Positions 1 through 12,559 of a stretch of 64,000 bases of DNA are shown one piece after another. Every line of letters starts with the position of its first letter. The first letter of the stretch is position 1. The translations under genes were made by a program, and so were the position numbers. The notes below the pieces were generated by a model. That model did no database searches. It had not been told where the DNA came from and was given only the letters and a program-made list of their open reading frames with translations. This stretch comes from Spirochaetia bacterium (lineage in GTDB: Bacteria; Spirochaetota; Spirochaetia; SZUA-6; Bin103): positions 2,368,001 through 2,432,000 of the forward strand of contig OZ241863.1 in the NCBI GenBank assembly GCA_965203055.1, in the 5' to 3' direction.

Positions 1-492
1 CACCACGCTCAGGGAGCCGGGGGCGGCGCCGTAGCGCTGCTGCAGACCGCGCACCGCGGCGGCGGCGATGCCGGTGCCGCGCCAGCCGGAGTGCAGCAGG
101 GCGCAGGCGCCGCCGGGCGCCGCGATCAGGATCGGCACGCAGTCGGCCGCGGTCACCATCAGGGTCACGCCGGCGGCGGCGCTGCGCGGGCCGGCGATCA
201 ACCCGTCCGCGGTCCCCGGCGCCCAGCGCGCGACCGGCGCCGGGGGCCGGCGCCGGCCGGGCGGCGCCAGCCGCCGGCAGGCGGCCGCCGCGGCGACGCG
301 CTGTGAATGGACCTGCGCGACCCGCCGCAGCCGGCGCGGCGCAATGCCGGTCTGCGCCAACAGCTCGCGCAACGGGCCGGGCGCGCGCATGTCGCCGGCG
401 CGGCGCAGTGACACGATGCCGGTAAGGCCGGGAGTCACCGGCAGCGCCAGCGCCGTGTTGCTGAACGGCACCATGGTCACCGGCTCGATCAT
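1..492 (-). CDS. pgeF: Laccase-domain/polyphenol oxidase family protein (YfiH/PgeF), 3' end outside window
   Basis: Own translation from ATG at 492: ...VAQVHSQRV...ADGLI...VTAADCVPILI...ALLHSGWRG; QVH, ADG, ADC-P and HxGWRG are the family motifs. Confidence 0.85.
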   Translation of the reverse strand, partial: MIEPVTMVPFSNTALALPVTPGLTGIVSLRRAGDMRAPGPLRELLAQTGIAPRRLRRVAQVHSQRVAAAAACRRLAPPGRRRPPAPVARWAPGTADGLIAGPRSAAAGVTLMVTAADCVPILIAAPGGACALLHSGWRGTGIAAAAVRGLQQRYGAAPGSLSVV

Positions 493-553
493 GCAGTCAC
501 CTGGCTCACCGCCACCGGCTGCCGCGCGCGGCGGGCGGTGGCGGCCGCGCCGT

Positions 554-1147
554 TCAGCGCCCCGCCGCGCGTTGCGCGCCGGCGGGGGCCGGCGCCAGGA
601 TCAGCGCCGCGAGCAGCTTGATCGCGTCCCCAAGCAGGAACGGAGTCATGCCGAGGGTGAGGGCGGCAACCATCCCGCCGTCGACGAAACGGGCCAGCCA
701 CGGCACGCCGCAGAGGTAGATGACGAGGTTGCCGGCCAGCAGCGCCAGCGCGATGCGCGCGCGGCTGCCGCCGCGGCGTCCGGCCAGGAGCGCAATCACT
801 ACCGCGGCCAGCAGGAATCCAATCAGGTAACCGCCGGTTGGCCCCGCCAGCGCTGCCACTCCCGCGCTGCCGCCGGCGAAGAACGGCAGACCGAGGAGAC
901 CCTGCGCGAGATAGAGCGCGACCGCCGCCGGGCCGCGCCAACCGCCGAGCATCACCGGCAGCAGCAACACCGCGAAGGTCTGGCCGGTAATCGGCACCGG
1001 CGTGAACGGCAGCGGGATGCGAATCTGGGCGCAGAGGGCGAGCAGCAGCGATCCGCCGACCACCGCGGCGACTTCCGCCACGACGCGGCTCGCCGGCGAC
1101 ACCGGCGGGGCGCCCTCCAGCCTGATCGACGGAGCCTGCGGCGGCAT
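554..1147 (-). CDS. bioY: Biotin transporter BioY
   Basis: AQIRIPLPFTPVPITGQTFAV and GPTGGYLIGF motifs; hydrophobic 197 aa. Confidence 0.93.
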   Translation of the reverse strand: MPPQAPSIRLEGAPPVSPASRVVAEVAAVVGGSLLLALCAQIRIPLPFTPVPITGQTFAVLLLPVMLGGWRGPAAVALYLAQGLLGLPFFAGGSAGVAALAGPTGGYLIGFLLAAVVIALLAGRRGGSRARIALALLAGNLVIYLCGVPWLARFVDGGMVAALTLGMTPFLLGDAIKLLAALILAPAPAGAQRAAGR

Positions 1148-1159
1148 GCCTCCCGCCCG

Positions 1160-1636
1160 CTACAGCAACAGGGCGCCGGGGAACAGGAAGTGCAGCAGCG
1201 CGGCCGCGATTCCCACCAACCCCAGCGGCACGCGGTAGCCGAGGGCAAGCTGAGCGGTCTTCTCCACCGGTCCGTCAGCCGCCACTACCCGCGGCGAGCC
1301 CTCCTCGGCGGCGTGCGCGGAGCCTTCGATGCCCGCGTCGCCCTCGCCCGCTTCCGCCGGGCGCAACGAGGTAACCACCAGCGCGCCGCCGAGCGCCATG
1401 CCCACGAGCGCGGGCACCAGATCGCCCGCTACCACGATCTGCAGATCGTCGGCGTAGACCAGCAGCTTCAGCACGCCGACGGCCGCGGTAATGGCGCCGA
1501 GGGTCAGCCGCGCGGTGCGCCCCGCGAGCCCCGCCAGCAGCGGCTGCAAACCGGGAAAGCGTTGCGCCAGATAGTCGCCGGCCAGGGCGAAGCCGGCCAG
1601 AAGATTGGTTGCAATGGACAGGAAGTAGAACTGCAT
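1160..1636 (-). CDS. Hypothetical membrane protein (about 4 TM)
   Basis: MQFYFLSIATNLLAG start, GAGGAG SD upstream, hydrophobic segments, fits the operon. Confidence 0.75.
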   Translation of the reverse strand: MQFYFLSIATNLLAGFALAGDYLAQRFPGLQPLLAGLAGRTARLTLGAITAAVGVLKLLVYADDLQIVVAGDLVPALVGMALGGALVVTSLRPAEAGEGDAGIEGSAHAAEEGSPRVVAADGPVEKTAQLALGYRVPLGLVGIAAALLHFLFPGALLL

Positions 1637-1686
1637 AAGGGCTCCTCTTTCGGCGGATTCAACCTACTACGCGCGCGCCGGCGCGG

Positions 1687-3303
1687 TCAATCGCCGGGCG
1701 GCGCGGGCCAGGCGGCGCGCCCGAGATGGGGCAGCAGGTCCTCGGCCAGGAACCAGCGGCCGGCGCCCAACGCCGCTCTGGCCGCGCGCGCGTGCACCAG
1801 GACCGCGGCCCGGGCCGCGGCCGCGGGCGGCGCGCCCCGGCTCAGCAACCCCGCGGCCACCCCCGCCAACACGTCCCCGGCGCCGCCGGTGCCGAGCGCC
1901 GGGTTGCCGGCGTCGAGCAGCGCCAGCCGGGCCGCGGCGGCGACGACCGGGGCGGCCGGGGCGGCCGGCGGCTCCGCCGGCGGCGCGCCGGCCACGTAGC
2001 TCACGTGACCCTTGAGGATTACCGCCGCCTGCCAGCGATCGGCGGCCGCGGCCGCGGCCGCGGCCGGGTCGGCCAGCACTTCGGCGGTGGGGATGCCCAG
2101 CAGGCGCCCCATCTCGCCCGGATGCGGCGTCAGCACCCAGCGCCCGCGCAGGCGCCGCGGGCGCCCCTCCGCGGCCGCGAGCCGGGCCAGCAGGGTGAGG
2201 CCGTCCGCATCCAGCACCCCGGACCGCGGCGTCTCCAGCAACTCGCCGAGGAGCGCGCGGCGGGCGGCGCCGCGGCCCCAGCCCGGACCCACCAGCAGCG
2301 CCTGGTGACGCGCCGCCGCGGCCCGCAGCCCGGCTCCGCCGGCAACCTCGAGGCGGCGGCACATGGTGGAACGCGCCGCCGGCGCCGCCAGCGGGTAGGT
2401 CTCGGCATCGACGTACAGGGTTACCAGGCCCGCGCCGACCCGGGCCGCGGCGGCGGCGGCCAGATGGCCGGCGCCCGTGGTGCCCGGCGCGGCCGCGAAC
2501 ACGCCGAGGTGGCCGCGGGTGCCCTTGTGCGCATCCACCGCCGCGGGCGGCAGCAGCGCGGGCAGCAGATCGTCGGTCAACAGGTCGCAGCCAATGTCCG
2601 GATCGGCGAGCAAGGCGCGCGGGAAGCCAACCGCCACCACCAGCACCTCGCCGGCCGCGGCCCGCGCCGGCGGCAGGTAGAGACACCGTTTGGGCAACCC
2701 CATCGTCACGGTGGCGGCCGCGCGGACCAGGGGCCCGCCCCGGTAGCCGTCCCGCAGACCGCTCGGCACGTCGATGGCCACTACCCGCCCGGCCGCGGCG
2801 TTGATCCGGGCGACGCTCTCGGCCAGCGGCGCGGCCAGCTCGGCGCGCAGCCCGGTGCCGGTGATCCCGTCGAAGATCCACGAAGCCGCGGCGATGGCGG
2901 CCGCGGCCTTGCGCCCGGTTACCACCGGTATGCCCAGCGCCCGGCACGCGGCCAGGTTGGCCGCCGGTGATCCGCCGGGACGCGGCTCGCCGGCGGCCAG
3001 GACCACCATCACGCCGTCCGCCCCGCCGTTGTGGGCATGCCGCGCCATGACCAGGGCATCGCCGCCGTTGTTGCCGCGCCCGGCGACGAACACCAGCGGT
3101 CCCGGCGCGGCGCTCCCGGCCCACAGGTGCGCGCGTACCGCGGCATAGGCATTGGCACCGGCATTCTCCATCAGCACGCCGCCGGGCAAGGCCCACTCGC
3201 GCTGGGCGCGCTGATCGATGGCGGCCATCCGCGCGCCGGTCGCCACGCGCAACGGGCGCAGATTGCGCCACGCCGCGGAACCCGCTTCCCTGGTCCTCAT
3301 CAC
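1687..3303 (-). CDS. nnr: Bifunctional NAD(P)H-hydrate epimerase/dehydratase
   Basis: LMENAG, GRGNNGGD, DGITGTG, IDVPSG, HKGTRG, VLDADG, LTPHPGE, GTGGAGDVLAG. Confidence 0.93.
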   Translation of the reverse strand: MMRTREAGSAAWRNLRPLRVATGARMAAIDQRAQREWALPGGVLMENAGANAYAAVRAHLWAGSAAPGPLVFVAGRGNNGGDALVMARHAHNGGADGVMVVLAAGEPRPGGSPAANLAACRALGIPVVTGRKAAAAIAAASWIFDGITGTGLRAELAAPLAESVARINAAAGRVVAIDVPSGLRDGYRGGPLVRAAATVTMGLPKRCLYLPPARAAAGEVLVVAVGFPRALLADPDIGCDLLTDDLLPALLPPAAVDAHKGTRGHLGVFAAAPGTTGAGHLAAAAAARVGAGLVTLYVDAETYPLAAPAARSTMCRRLEVAGGAGLRAAAARHQALLVGPGWGRGAARRALLGELLETPRSGVLDADGLTLLARLAAAEGRPRRLRGRWVLTPHPGEMGRLLGIPTAEVLADPAAAAAAAADRWQAAVILKGHVSYVAGAPPAEPPAAPAAPVVAAAARLALLDAGNPALGTGGAGDVLAGVAAGLLSRGAPPAAAARAAVLVHARAARAALGAGRWFLAEDLLPHLGRAAWPAPPGD

Positions 3304-4436
3304 TTGCCGTCCACCAGCAGGTCGCTACGCCACCACACTACCCGCGCCCGGGCCTCTTCCGCGAGCAGCCCGAACAGCACGCCGCCGGGGCTCATTCCCA
3401 GCGCCGCGAACCCCAGGCCGGTTTCGTCCAGTCCGAACCGGCGCCGGGTGACCACCCGGCCGCCGCGCCCCAGCACTACCAGCGAGTGGGTCCGGTCGTT
3501 CTCCCGGCGGGTCAGAAACAGCAGCCCGGCGGCGGTCACCCCCAGCGGGTAATAGGCGGGCGCCGCCAGTTCCCCGCCGCCGGGCAGCCCGAAGGAGCCG
3601 ATCACGCTGCGCGACGCCAGATCATAGATGCGTACTTCCGGCGCGCCGCGGGAGCGCGCCGCGCCGGCGCCCTCCTCCGCCGGCGCCGGATCGACGAACA
3701 GGAACAGCCGCCGCGCCGCCAACTGCGGCATCACCTCCCAGATCAGCACTCCCGCCTCGCCGCTGAGGCGCCCGGCATAGGGCAGCTCCACCTGCTCCCG
3801 GAGCGCGCCGGCCGCATCGTACCAGTAGCAGCGCCACTGCTGCGGCGTGCGCGCGGTCACCACCAGCCAATCGTCCGCGGTCACGGTCAACCGCTGGACG
3901 CGCGGGAACGGCCGGCCGCCGGCGCCTTCCCGCCCAATGGTCCCCAGGTATTGCCCCTGCGCCCCGAACCGCCGCACCACCTGGCCGTGACCGGCGCCGC
4001 CGGCGCCGGCCGCCGCGTCCACGACGAACAGCCGCTGGCCGCTGTCCACCGCCACGTGGCTCGGATCGCGCAGCGCGTGCGGCACCGCCCGCCGGGTGGC
4101 GGCGCCCGCCGCCATGCCGGCCGGAGCGGGATTGCTGCGCGGGTCGTAGATGAGCAGCAGCAGGTCACCGTAGGAGGAGAGTTGCATCACCTTCCGCGCG
4201 CTGCCGTTGGCGATGTAGAACAACCCGTCGCGCATGCTGATCCGGGTCGCGTGGCGCGCCGCGGCGCCGCCGGGGCGGAACAGGTCGAGCTGCTCGTCCA
4301 GCGGACCGAGGCTCAGGCTGAACAGTTCGGCGCCGGCCAACTCTGGCGGTGGTTGGCGGGTGCACGCCGCCGGCAGCAGCCAACCGGCCAGCGCCAGGCC
4401 GACCAGCGTGACACGGACCGCGCGGCGGCAGCTCAC
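3300..4436 (-). CDS. Predicted lipoprotein with NHL/beta-propeller-like segments, divergent from secA
   Basis: Signal peptide ending LLPAAC; NHL-like PSHVAVDSGQRLFVVD. GTG at 4436 chosen because it lies 7 nt after a TAGGAT -10; ATG 4445 is an alternative. Confidence 0.7.
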   Translation of the reverse strand: MSCRRAVRVTLVGLALAGWLLPAACTRQPPPELAGAELFSLSLGPLDEQLDLFRPGGAAARHATRISMRDGLFYIANGSARKVMQLSSYGDLLLLIYDPRSNPAPAGMAAGAATRRAVPHALRDPSHVAVDSGQRLFVVDAAAGAGGAGHGQVVRRFGAQGQYLGTIGREGAGGRPFPRVQRLTVTADDWLVVTARTPQQWRCYWYDAAGALREQVELPYAGRLSGEAGVLIWEVMPQLAARRLFLFVDPAPAEEGAGAARSRGAPEVRIYDLASRSVIGSFGLPGGGELAAPAYYPLGVTAAGLLFLTRRENDRTHSLVVLGRGGRVVTRRRFGLDETGLGFAALGMSPGGVLFGLLAEEARARVVWWRSDLLVDGK

Positions 4437-4508
4437 GGGCGCCATCCTAGCAGCCCGGCGGCGCGCGCGGCAAGCTGAAGCCGCGCCGCCGGCGGCAGGC
4501 CGCGCGCG

Positions 4509-4537
4509 TAGACCGGGCGCCGGGCACAAGCTACATT
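4509..4537 (+). promoter_or_regulatory. Putative sigma70 promoter, leaderless secA transcript
   Basis: TAGACC(4509-4514)-17 nt-TACATT(4532-4537), 6 nt before ATG 4544; no SD. Confidence 0.5.
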
Positions 4538-4543
4538 GTGGCC

Positions 4544-7356
<2,813 letters not shown>

Positions 7357-7360
<4 letters not shown>

Positions 7361-7403
7361 CCCGGCAGTCCCGGTGGTCCCCGGCGGCGCCTGCCGGGGT
7401 CAG
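7357..7403. terminator. Imperfect inverted repeat between convergent genes, possible bidirectional terminator
   Basis: ctgacccggcag ... ctgccggggtcag; no U-tract. Confidence 0.3.
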
Positions 7404-8419
7404 CGCAGGCTGGGAATCAGTTGCGCCGGGTTGAGCTGGATATTGCCGCGCCGAATCTCGAAGTGGAGATGCGGGCCGGTAGAGCGGCCGGTCGAACCGA
7501 CGCGGCCGAGCGTCTGGCCGCGGCGCACCATCTGGCCGCGGCTGACGTGGATTCGGTCCAGGTGCCCGTACAACGACGAGTAACCGGCCAGGTAGTGGGA
7601 CACGATGATGTAGTTGCCGAGCACCGCGCCGCGCCCGACGGCGGCAACCCGCCCTCCCTGGGTGGCGCGCACCGGCGTGCCGCGCGGCGCGGCCACGTCC
7701 ACCCCGCGGTGGAAGCTGCGGCGCCCGGTGAAGGGGTCGGCCCGCAGCCCGAAGCCGGAACTGACCCAACCGTTGACGGGCCGTTCGAAGGCGGCGCCGA
7801 TGGCCAGCGTCAACTCCTGCCCCGAGTGCTGAACGCCGGGGAAGAACAGCTCGGTGGACGGCTTCAGGAGGTTGCGGGTGACCCCGTTGGTACGCAGGAC
7901 GGTTTCCGGGAGCACGCCGTGGCGCAGGCTGAGCTCATCGAGGTCCTCCCCCACCGGCAGGTAGATGCCGTCCTGATTGGGAATCTGGATCAACTCGCCG
8001 ACTGACAGCAGATGAACGCCGACTCCGGCGGTGCGATTCAGGGAAGCCACGGTATCGAGCGTGAGCCCGAAGCGCTGCGCGATGACGCTCAGGTTGTCGC
8101 CGCGCCGCACCCGGTACTGCTTGATGTCGAGCGGCAGCGGCGCCAGCTCCATCCCGCCGCGGAGATCCGCGGCATCCGCGGCCGGCGGCGCCGGTGACGC
8201 CCCCGGCGCCGCCGGCGCGAGGTCGATCTGGATCGTCTCCAACCAGTCGCTCGGATAGTGCAGGTACTCCTGCTCGTCGTACAGCGCCGCCCGCGTGGAC
8301 CCGATGACGGTCGCCTGCACGGCGAACGCCGTCAGGCCGCACGCGGCCGCCGCCAGCAGCCAGCGGTGCAGGCGCACCCGCGGCCGCCGCCGGCGGGCGG
8401 CGACGTAGGGCTCGCCCAC
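7400..8419 (-). CDS. LysM + M23 family peptidoglycan endopeptidase
   Basis: YRVRRGDNLSVIAQRFG (LysM); FHRGVDVA, YGHL, RSTGPHLHFE (intact M23). Start uncertain (GTG 8419). Confidence 0.88.
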   Translation of the reverse strand: MGEPYVAARRRRPRVRLHRWLLAAAACGLTAFAVQATVIGSTRAALYDEQEYLHYPSDWLETIQIDLAPAAPGASPAPPAADAADLRGGMELAPLPLDIKQYRVRRGDNLSVIAQRFGLTLDTVASLNRTAGVGVHLLSVGELIQIPNQDGIYLPVGEDLDELSLRHGVLPETVLRTNGVTRNLLKPSTELFFPGVQHSGQELTLAIGAAFERPVNGWVSSGFGLRADPFTGRRSFHRGVDVAAPRGTPVRATQGGRVAAVGRGAVLGNYIIVSHYLAGYSSLYGHLDRIHVSRGQMVRRGQTLGRVGSTGRSTGPHLHFEIRRGNIQLNPAQLIPSLR

Positions 8420-8444
8420 CAGAGCCGGCAGCCGCGCGGACGGA

Positions 8445-9737
8445 TTACTCCAGGTGTTCGGACGGGTCGACATGCGCACCGTTGAGAAAGATCGAAAAGT
8501 GCAGGTTGAACGCACTATTGTACCCGGTGTTCCCCATCTCTCCTACCCGCTGCCCCTGCCGCACGCGCTCCCCTTCCGCCACCAGCACCTTGTTCAAGTG
8601 AGCGTAGAGCGTCTGATAGCCATCCGCGTGGCGCAGGATGAGGTAGCGGCCGTAGTTGCCGTTGTATCCCGCGGTGCGCACCGTGCCGCTCATCGCCGCG
8701 ACGATGGGAGTTCCCGGCTGGTTGGCGATGTCGATGCCGTTGTGAAACTTGCGCAGGCCGGTAAAGGGGTCGCTGCGGTAGCCGTACCCGGAAGTGATGC
8801 GGCCGGGCGCAGGCTGGATGAAGATCTCGCCGAGGACGCGGTTGCGGGCGTTCTCGCCGAGTCCGGCGCCGGGAATCAACAGGTTCTGACCGGCGGCCAC
8901 GAGCGCGCCTTCCACCCCGTTGACCGCCAGCAGAGCGGACAGGCTCACTCCATGGCGCGCGGCAATGCGGCCGGCGTCGTCGCCGCGCCGCACGGTGTAG
9001 CGAATTCCGGATTGGCTGGGAATGATCAACTCGCGGCCCGGCTTCAGGTCACCCTCGCGTTGGACGTCGTTGAAGCTGATGATCGTGTCCACGGTGACGC
9101 CGAAGCGATCGGCCAGCGCCGCCAGGGTATCGCCGGCCGCGACCAGGTAGCGCTCGTAGCTGGCTCGGGACCAGGTATCGGCAAGGCCGTCCGGGAGGTT
9201 GCGCGCGCCTGCCCCCGTGGCCGCGGCGCCCGCCGAGCCAAGGGTCATCAAGTTGTCGAGCAGCGCCTGCCGCAGCGCCACCCCGTCGCCGGAGCTGCCG
9301 ATTCCCGCCACCGCGGGGACCACGAACTTCACCACCGCCGTGGCCGCCAGCGCGGCGCCCACCAGCAGCGCGATGGCGGTCAGCGGCAGCCGCCGGACAC
9401 CGCGCCCGGCCAGCGCGGCGCCGCGCCTGCCGGCGCGGCCCATTGCCCTGGGCAGCGCCTTGCACAGGGCGGCGAACCAGCGCATGCCGGAGACCGCCCA
9501 ACGGGTGCCGGAGACCGCGGAGCGGGCGAACGCCGCCGACCCGCGGCGCACTGACGGCAGCGGCAGCGCCGCCGCGGCGCTGAGCTCCTTCACCCTGACG
9601 CCGGCGCGCCTGGGGGCGCGGCGCGGGCGCTGGCGCTGGTCGCGCAGCGCCGAATGACGATTGCGCCCGCGGCGGCGTCCATCTCCGCGCCGGCCGACGC
9701 GCTGGTCCCGCAATCCGGCGTAGACGGCGTCACGCAT
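8445..9737 (-). CDS. 2x LysM + M23 family protein
   Basis: Two LysM repeats, FHNGIDIA, YAHL; final motif altered (NSAFNLHF). Start uncertain. Confidence 0.85.
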   Translation of the reverse strand: MRDAVYAGLRDQRVGRRGDGRRRGRNRHSALRDQRQRPRRAPRRAGVRVKELSAAAALPLPSVRRGSAAFARSAVSGTRWAVSGMRWFAALCKALPRAMGRAGRRGAALAGRGVRRLPLTAIALLVGAALAATAVVKFVVPAVAGIGSSGDGVALRQALLDNLMTLGSAGAAATGAGARNLPDGLADTWSRASYERYLVAAGDTLAALADRFGVTVDTIISFNDVQREGDLKPGRELIIPSQSGIRYTVRRGDDAGRIAARHGVSLSALLAVNGVEGALVAAGQNLLIPGAGLGENARNRVLGEIFIQPAPGRITSGYGYRSDPFTGLRKFHNGIDIANQPGTPIVAAMSGTVRTAGYNGNYGRYLILRHADGYQTLYAHLNKVLVAEGERVRQGQRVGEMGNTGYNSAFNLHFSIFLNGAHVDPSEHLE

Positions 9738-9746
9738 TCATTTTGC

Positions 9747-9774
9747 ATATCGACAGTTCGCGGGCGGGGCATTA
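9747..9774 (-). promoter_or_regulatory. Putative sigma28 promoter for the LysM/M23 pair
   Basis: Minus strand TAAT-N16-GTCGATAT versus consensus TAAA-N15/16-GCCGATA(A/T). Confidence 0.45.
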
Positions 9775-10269
9775 CGTCTCGGCGGCGCGCGGCTCCGGTT
9801 TCCCGCCGGGCGGGGGCTGCAGCGCCGCGCTGCGGTCGGCGGCCAGGTTGACGATCAACTCCACCTCGCCCTGGCTGGCCGCCAACCGGTCGGCGATTAC
9901 CGCGTTGGAAAACCCGAGCCGGCGCAGGCGCATCACCTGCGCCACTCGCTGCGCGGCGGAGCCGGCCGGCGCGGGCGGTTCCGCCGCGGCGCCGGGCCCT
10001 GGCGCCGGGGGCGGCCGCGGCAGGCGCCGGTCGGCCTGCCGCAACAGCTCGTTCAGACGCCGGATGCGATCCTCCAGCAGGGTGACGTTACGCTCCGCGG
10101 CGCCGTTCAGCTCGACGATCAGCTGCGCCACCTCGGACTGAAGCTGCCCGGCGCCGCCCGCTCCGCGGACGGCGCCCTCGCCGCGGGCGCTGCGATCGAT
10201 CCGCCGGCGCAGCACCAGATACAGCCCCGCCAGCCCGGCAAGTTGCAACGCGATGAGGAGGGCGACCAC
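9772..10269 (-). CDS. Membrane-anchored coiled-coil protein with C-terminal HTH-like tail (flagellar-cluster associated)
   Basis: N-terminal TM, coiled coil (AERNVTLLEDRIRRLNELL), GFSNAVIADRLAASQGEVELI tail. Confidence 0.7.
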   Translation of the reverse strand: MVALLIALQLAGLAGLYLVLRRRIDRSARGEGAVRGAGGAGQLQSEVAQLIVELNGAAERNVTLLEDRIRRLNELLRQADRRLPRPPPAPGPGAAAEPPAPAGSAAQRVAQVMRLRRLGFSNAVIADRLAASQGEVELIVNLAADRSAALQPPPGGKPEPRAAET

Positions 10270-10279
10270 GCTGCGCCAC

Positions 10280-11092
10280 TCAAGCGATACCGCGTTTGAG
10301 GTTGGTCAACTTGGCGCGCAGGCGGATGATCGCCTTGGTGTGAAGCTGCGACACGCGCGACTCCGTGACTTCCAGCACCTCGCCGATCTCGCGCAGCGTC
10401 AGCTCTTCGTAGTAGTACAGCACCAGAACCCGCTGTTCCTTTTCCGGCAGCTCCCGGAGCGCCTCCAGCATGACCCGCTTGATCTCGTTCTTCTCGACGA
10501 TTACGTCCGGATTCATACTGGCCGGAGATTCCACGCTCTCCACGATGGAGATGCGGTCGTTGTCATCGCTGCTGTGCCACAGGTCATTCAACGACATCAC
10601 CGTGGTGCTGCTGATCTTCAGCAGCAACTGCTGGAACTCCTTCAGCGACAGGTTCATCTCCCGGGCCAGCTCGGCGTCGGTAGCCGCGCGCCCCAGGGCC
10701 GCCTCGAGGCGGCGTACGGCATCCTCCACTTCGCGCGCCTTCTGACGAATCGAGCGCGGCACCCAATCGTTGCTGCGCAGCTCGTCGAAGATGGCGCCGC
10801 GGATGCGGGTCACCGCGTAGGTCTTGAACTTGACGTGCTTGCTGGGATCGAACTTCTCGATGGCGTCGAACAAGCCGAACACGCCATAGCCCACCAAGTC
10901 ATCGAACTCCACGCTGCCCGGCATTCCCACCGCCACCTTGCCGGCGACGTACTTGACCAACGGCGCGTACTGGCGCACGAAGTAGTCTCGTATGGTTATA
11001 TCTTTATGAGCACGGTAGTTATCCCACAATTCCCGTTCCTTTTCCTGAGTCAGCGCGACGACGGTGGTCCGCTCCCGGGTATCAGTTGCCAT
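10280..11092 (-). CDS. fliA: RNA polymerase sigma28 factor FliA/WhiG
   Basis: [53 protein letters not shown]. Confidence 0.97.
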   Translation of the reverse strand: MATDTRERTTVVALTQEKERELWDNYRAHKDITIRDYFVRQYAPLVKYVAGKVAVGMPGSVEFDDLVGYGVFGLFDAIEKFDPSKHVKFKTYAVTRIRGAIFDELRSNDWVPRSIRQKAREVEDAVRRLEAALGRAATDAELAREMNLSLKEFQQLLLKISSTTVMSLNDLWHSSDDNDRISIVESVESPASMNPDVIVEKNEIKRVMLEALRELPEKEQRVLVLYYYEELTLREIGEVLEVTESRVSQLHTKAIIRLRAKLTNLKRGIA

Positions 11093-11231
11093 GATGCCCT
11101 TCTAACGGCCGCCGAGCGGGCGCCGCGCAGCGCCGGTGAGGCGCCCGAGACGCCGCCGGCCGGCGGCGGACTGACCGAAACTTGTGACAGCGAACATGGT
11201 GCACCACTTCGTGTCCAACCCGATGGTGAAT

Positions 11232-11260
11232 ACCGTAGGCAGATTTCTGCGCAAGGTCAA
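11232..11260 (-). promoter_or_regulatory. Putative sigma70 promoter for fliA
   Basis: TTGACC(11260-11255)-17-TACGGT(11237-11232); spacer holds GCAGA-N2-TCTGC palindrome. Confidence 0.5.
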
Positions 11261-11298
11261 CATAGTCCCCCTTCTTGAACAGCGTAAAACGTCCTGCA

Positions 11299-12552
11299 TC
11301 ATGAACCTTCCGCCGCATGCCCTGCGGGTACTGCGGCGCGATGTTCCCGCGCCGCGGCAGCGGCGCCGAATTCCTGCTCCAGCAACGTGCGATCGAGACG
11401 AAACCCATCCAGACTCAGGAGCAAACGCACGATCGATGCCGGCGCAATATCCTGCGGCACTACCTGTCCGTCGCAGCAGTACGACAGCGGCTTGCGCGCG
11501 CCCGCAAGAGCCGACAGGACATTGCCGATGGTCGCGGTCTCGTCCAGCTTGGTCACGATCACGCCGTCGTAGGCGAACGGCTCGAACTGGCGCATGATCT
11601 CCTCCAGGTCGGTGTGCTTGGTGGTCGCGCTCAGGACCAGTTGCGTGGTACCGCGGCGGCCCACGGCGTCGAGCACCGAGCGGATCTCCGCCAGGTGGGA
11701 GTAGTCAGCGGGGCTCCTGCCAACCGTATCGATGAAGATCAGACCCGCATCCTGGCCCAACGCAATGGTCTTCTTGAGCTCCTCGGCGGTCTCCGCCGAG
11801 GTTACCGGGATGCGCATGATCTCGCCGTAGGTCTCGATCTGCTGGCGCGCGCCAATGCGGTAGTTGTCGATGGTCACGATGCGCACCGGACAGTCGGCCT
11901 CGGCCGGGCTGCCGATGGCGTGCAGCGCCGCCAGCTTGGCGACGGTGGTCGTCTTCCCTACTCCGGTGGGGCCGACCACGGTGCAGATGCGCGGTCCCGC
12001 CGCGGCGCCGTCGGCCTCCGCCAGCGGCGCCGCCAGCCGCAGCTCGCGGCCGATCCGGCGCGCCACGAAGTGATGCACCGCCGGCGGGTCTTCGAGCCGC
12101 GCCAAGGGAAACTCGGCCCGCACCTGGTCGAGCAGCCGGAGCCGCGCAGGAGCGGCAAAGTCGTTGTGCAGCAGCAGCGTGTCGAGCGCGGCCAACTGCG
12201 GATGCTCCTCCTGCCGCACGGCGACCTGCGCGCGTTCCGGCAACGAGGCGTCCAACCGCGACCGCATCGCCGCCACCTCATCCGCCAGCCGCTGCAGGTT
12301 GGCGCCGGACGGGGCCTGATGCAGGATCTTGCGCTTCTCCTGCGCCAGGTCGGGCGCCTGCGGCGCCGCGCGGTCCGGCGCCGCAGGCTCCACGAAGCCG
12401 GTTATCTCCACCCCCTGTCGGGTGAACATACCCAGCATGCCGCCCATCCGTACCGGGCGGTGAGAGTGAATGCGGGCCTCCGGTCCATACAACCGCTTCA
12501 TCGTTGCCAGCGCCTCGCGGGGGGTGGACCCCTGGATCGTGAAGTACTCCAT
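11299..12552 (-). CDS. flhF: SRP-family GTPase FlhF
   Basis: MEYFTIQGST N-terminus; GPTGVGKTT, IDNYRIGA, DTVGRS, TKLDE, GQVVPQDI. Confidence 0.95.
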   Translation of the reverse strand: MEYFTIQGSTPREALATMKRLYGPEARIHSHRPVRMGGMLGMFTRQGVEITGFVEPAAPDRAAPQAPDLAQEKRKILHQAPSGANLQRLADEVAAMRSRLDASLPERAQVAVRQEEHPQLAALDTLLLHNDFAAPARLRLLDQVRAEFPLARLEDPPAVHHFVARRIGRELRLAAPLAEADGAAAGPRICTVVGPTGVGKTTTVAKLAALHAIGSPAEADCPVRIVTIDNYRIGARQQIETYGEIMRIPVTSAETAEELKKTIALGQDAGLIFIDTVGRSPADYSHLAEIRSVLDAVGRRGTTQLVLSATTKHTDLEEIMRQFEPFAYDGVIVTKLDETATIGNVLSALAGARKPLSYCCDGQVVPQDIAPASIVRLLLSLDGFRLDRTLLEQEFGAAAAAREHRAAVPAGHAAEGS

Positions 12553-12559
12553 TGGCGGC

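Noticed and set aside
11102..11302. 66-aa ORF as an flhG remnant
   Set aside because: No Walker A or MinD similarity in the frames examined; better explained as promoter region.
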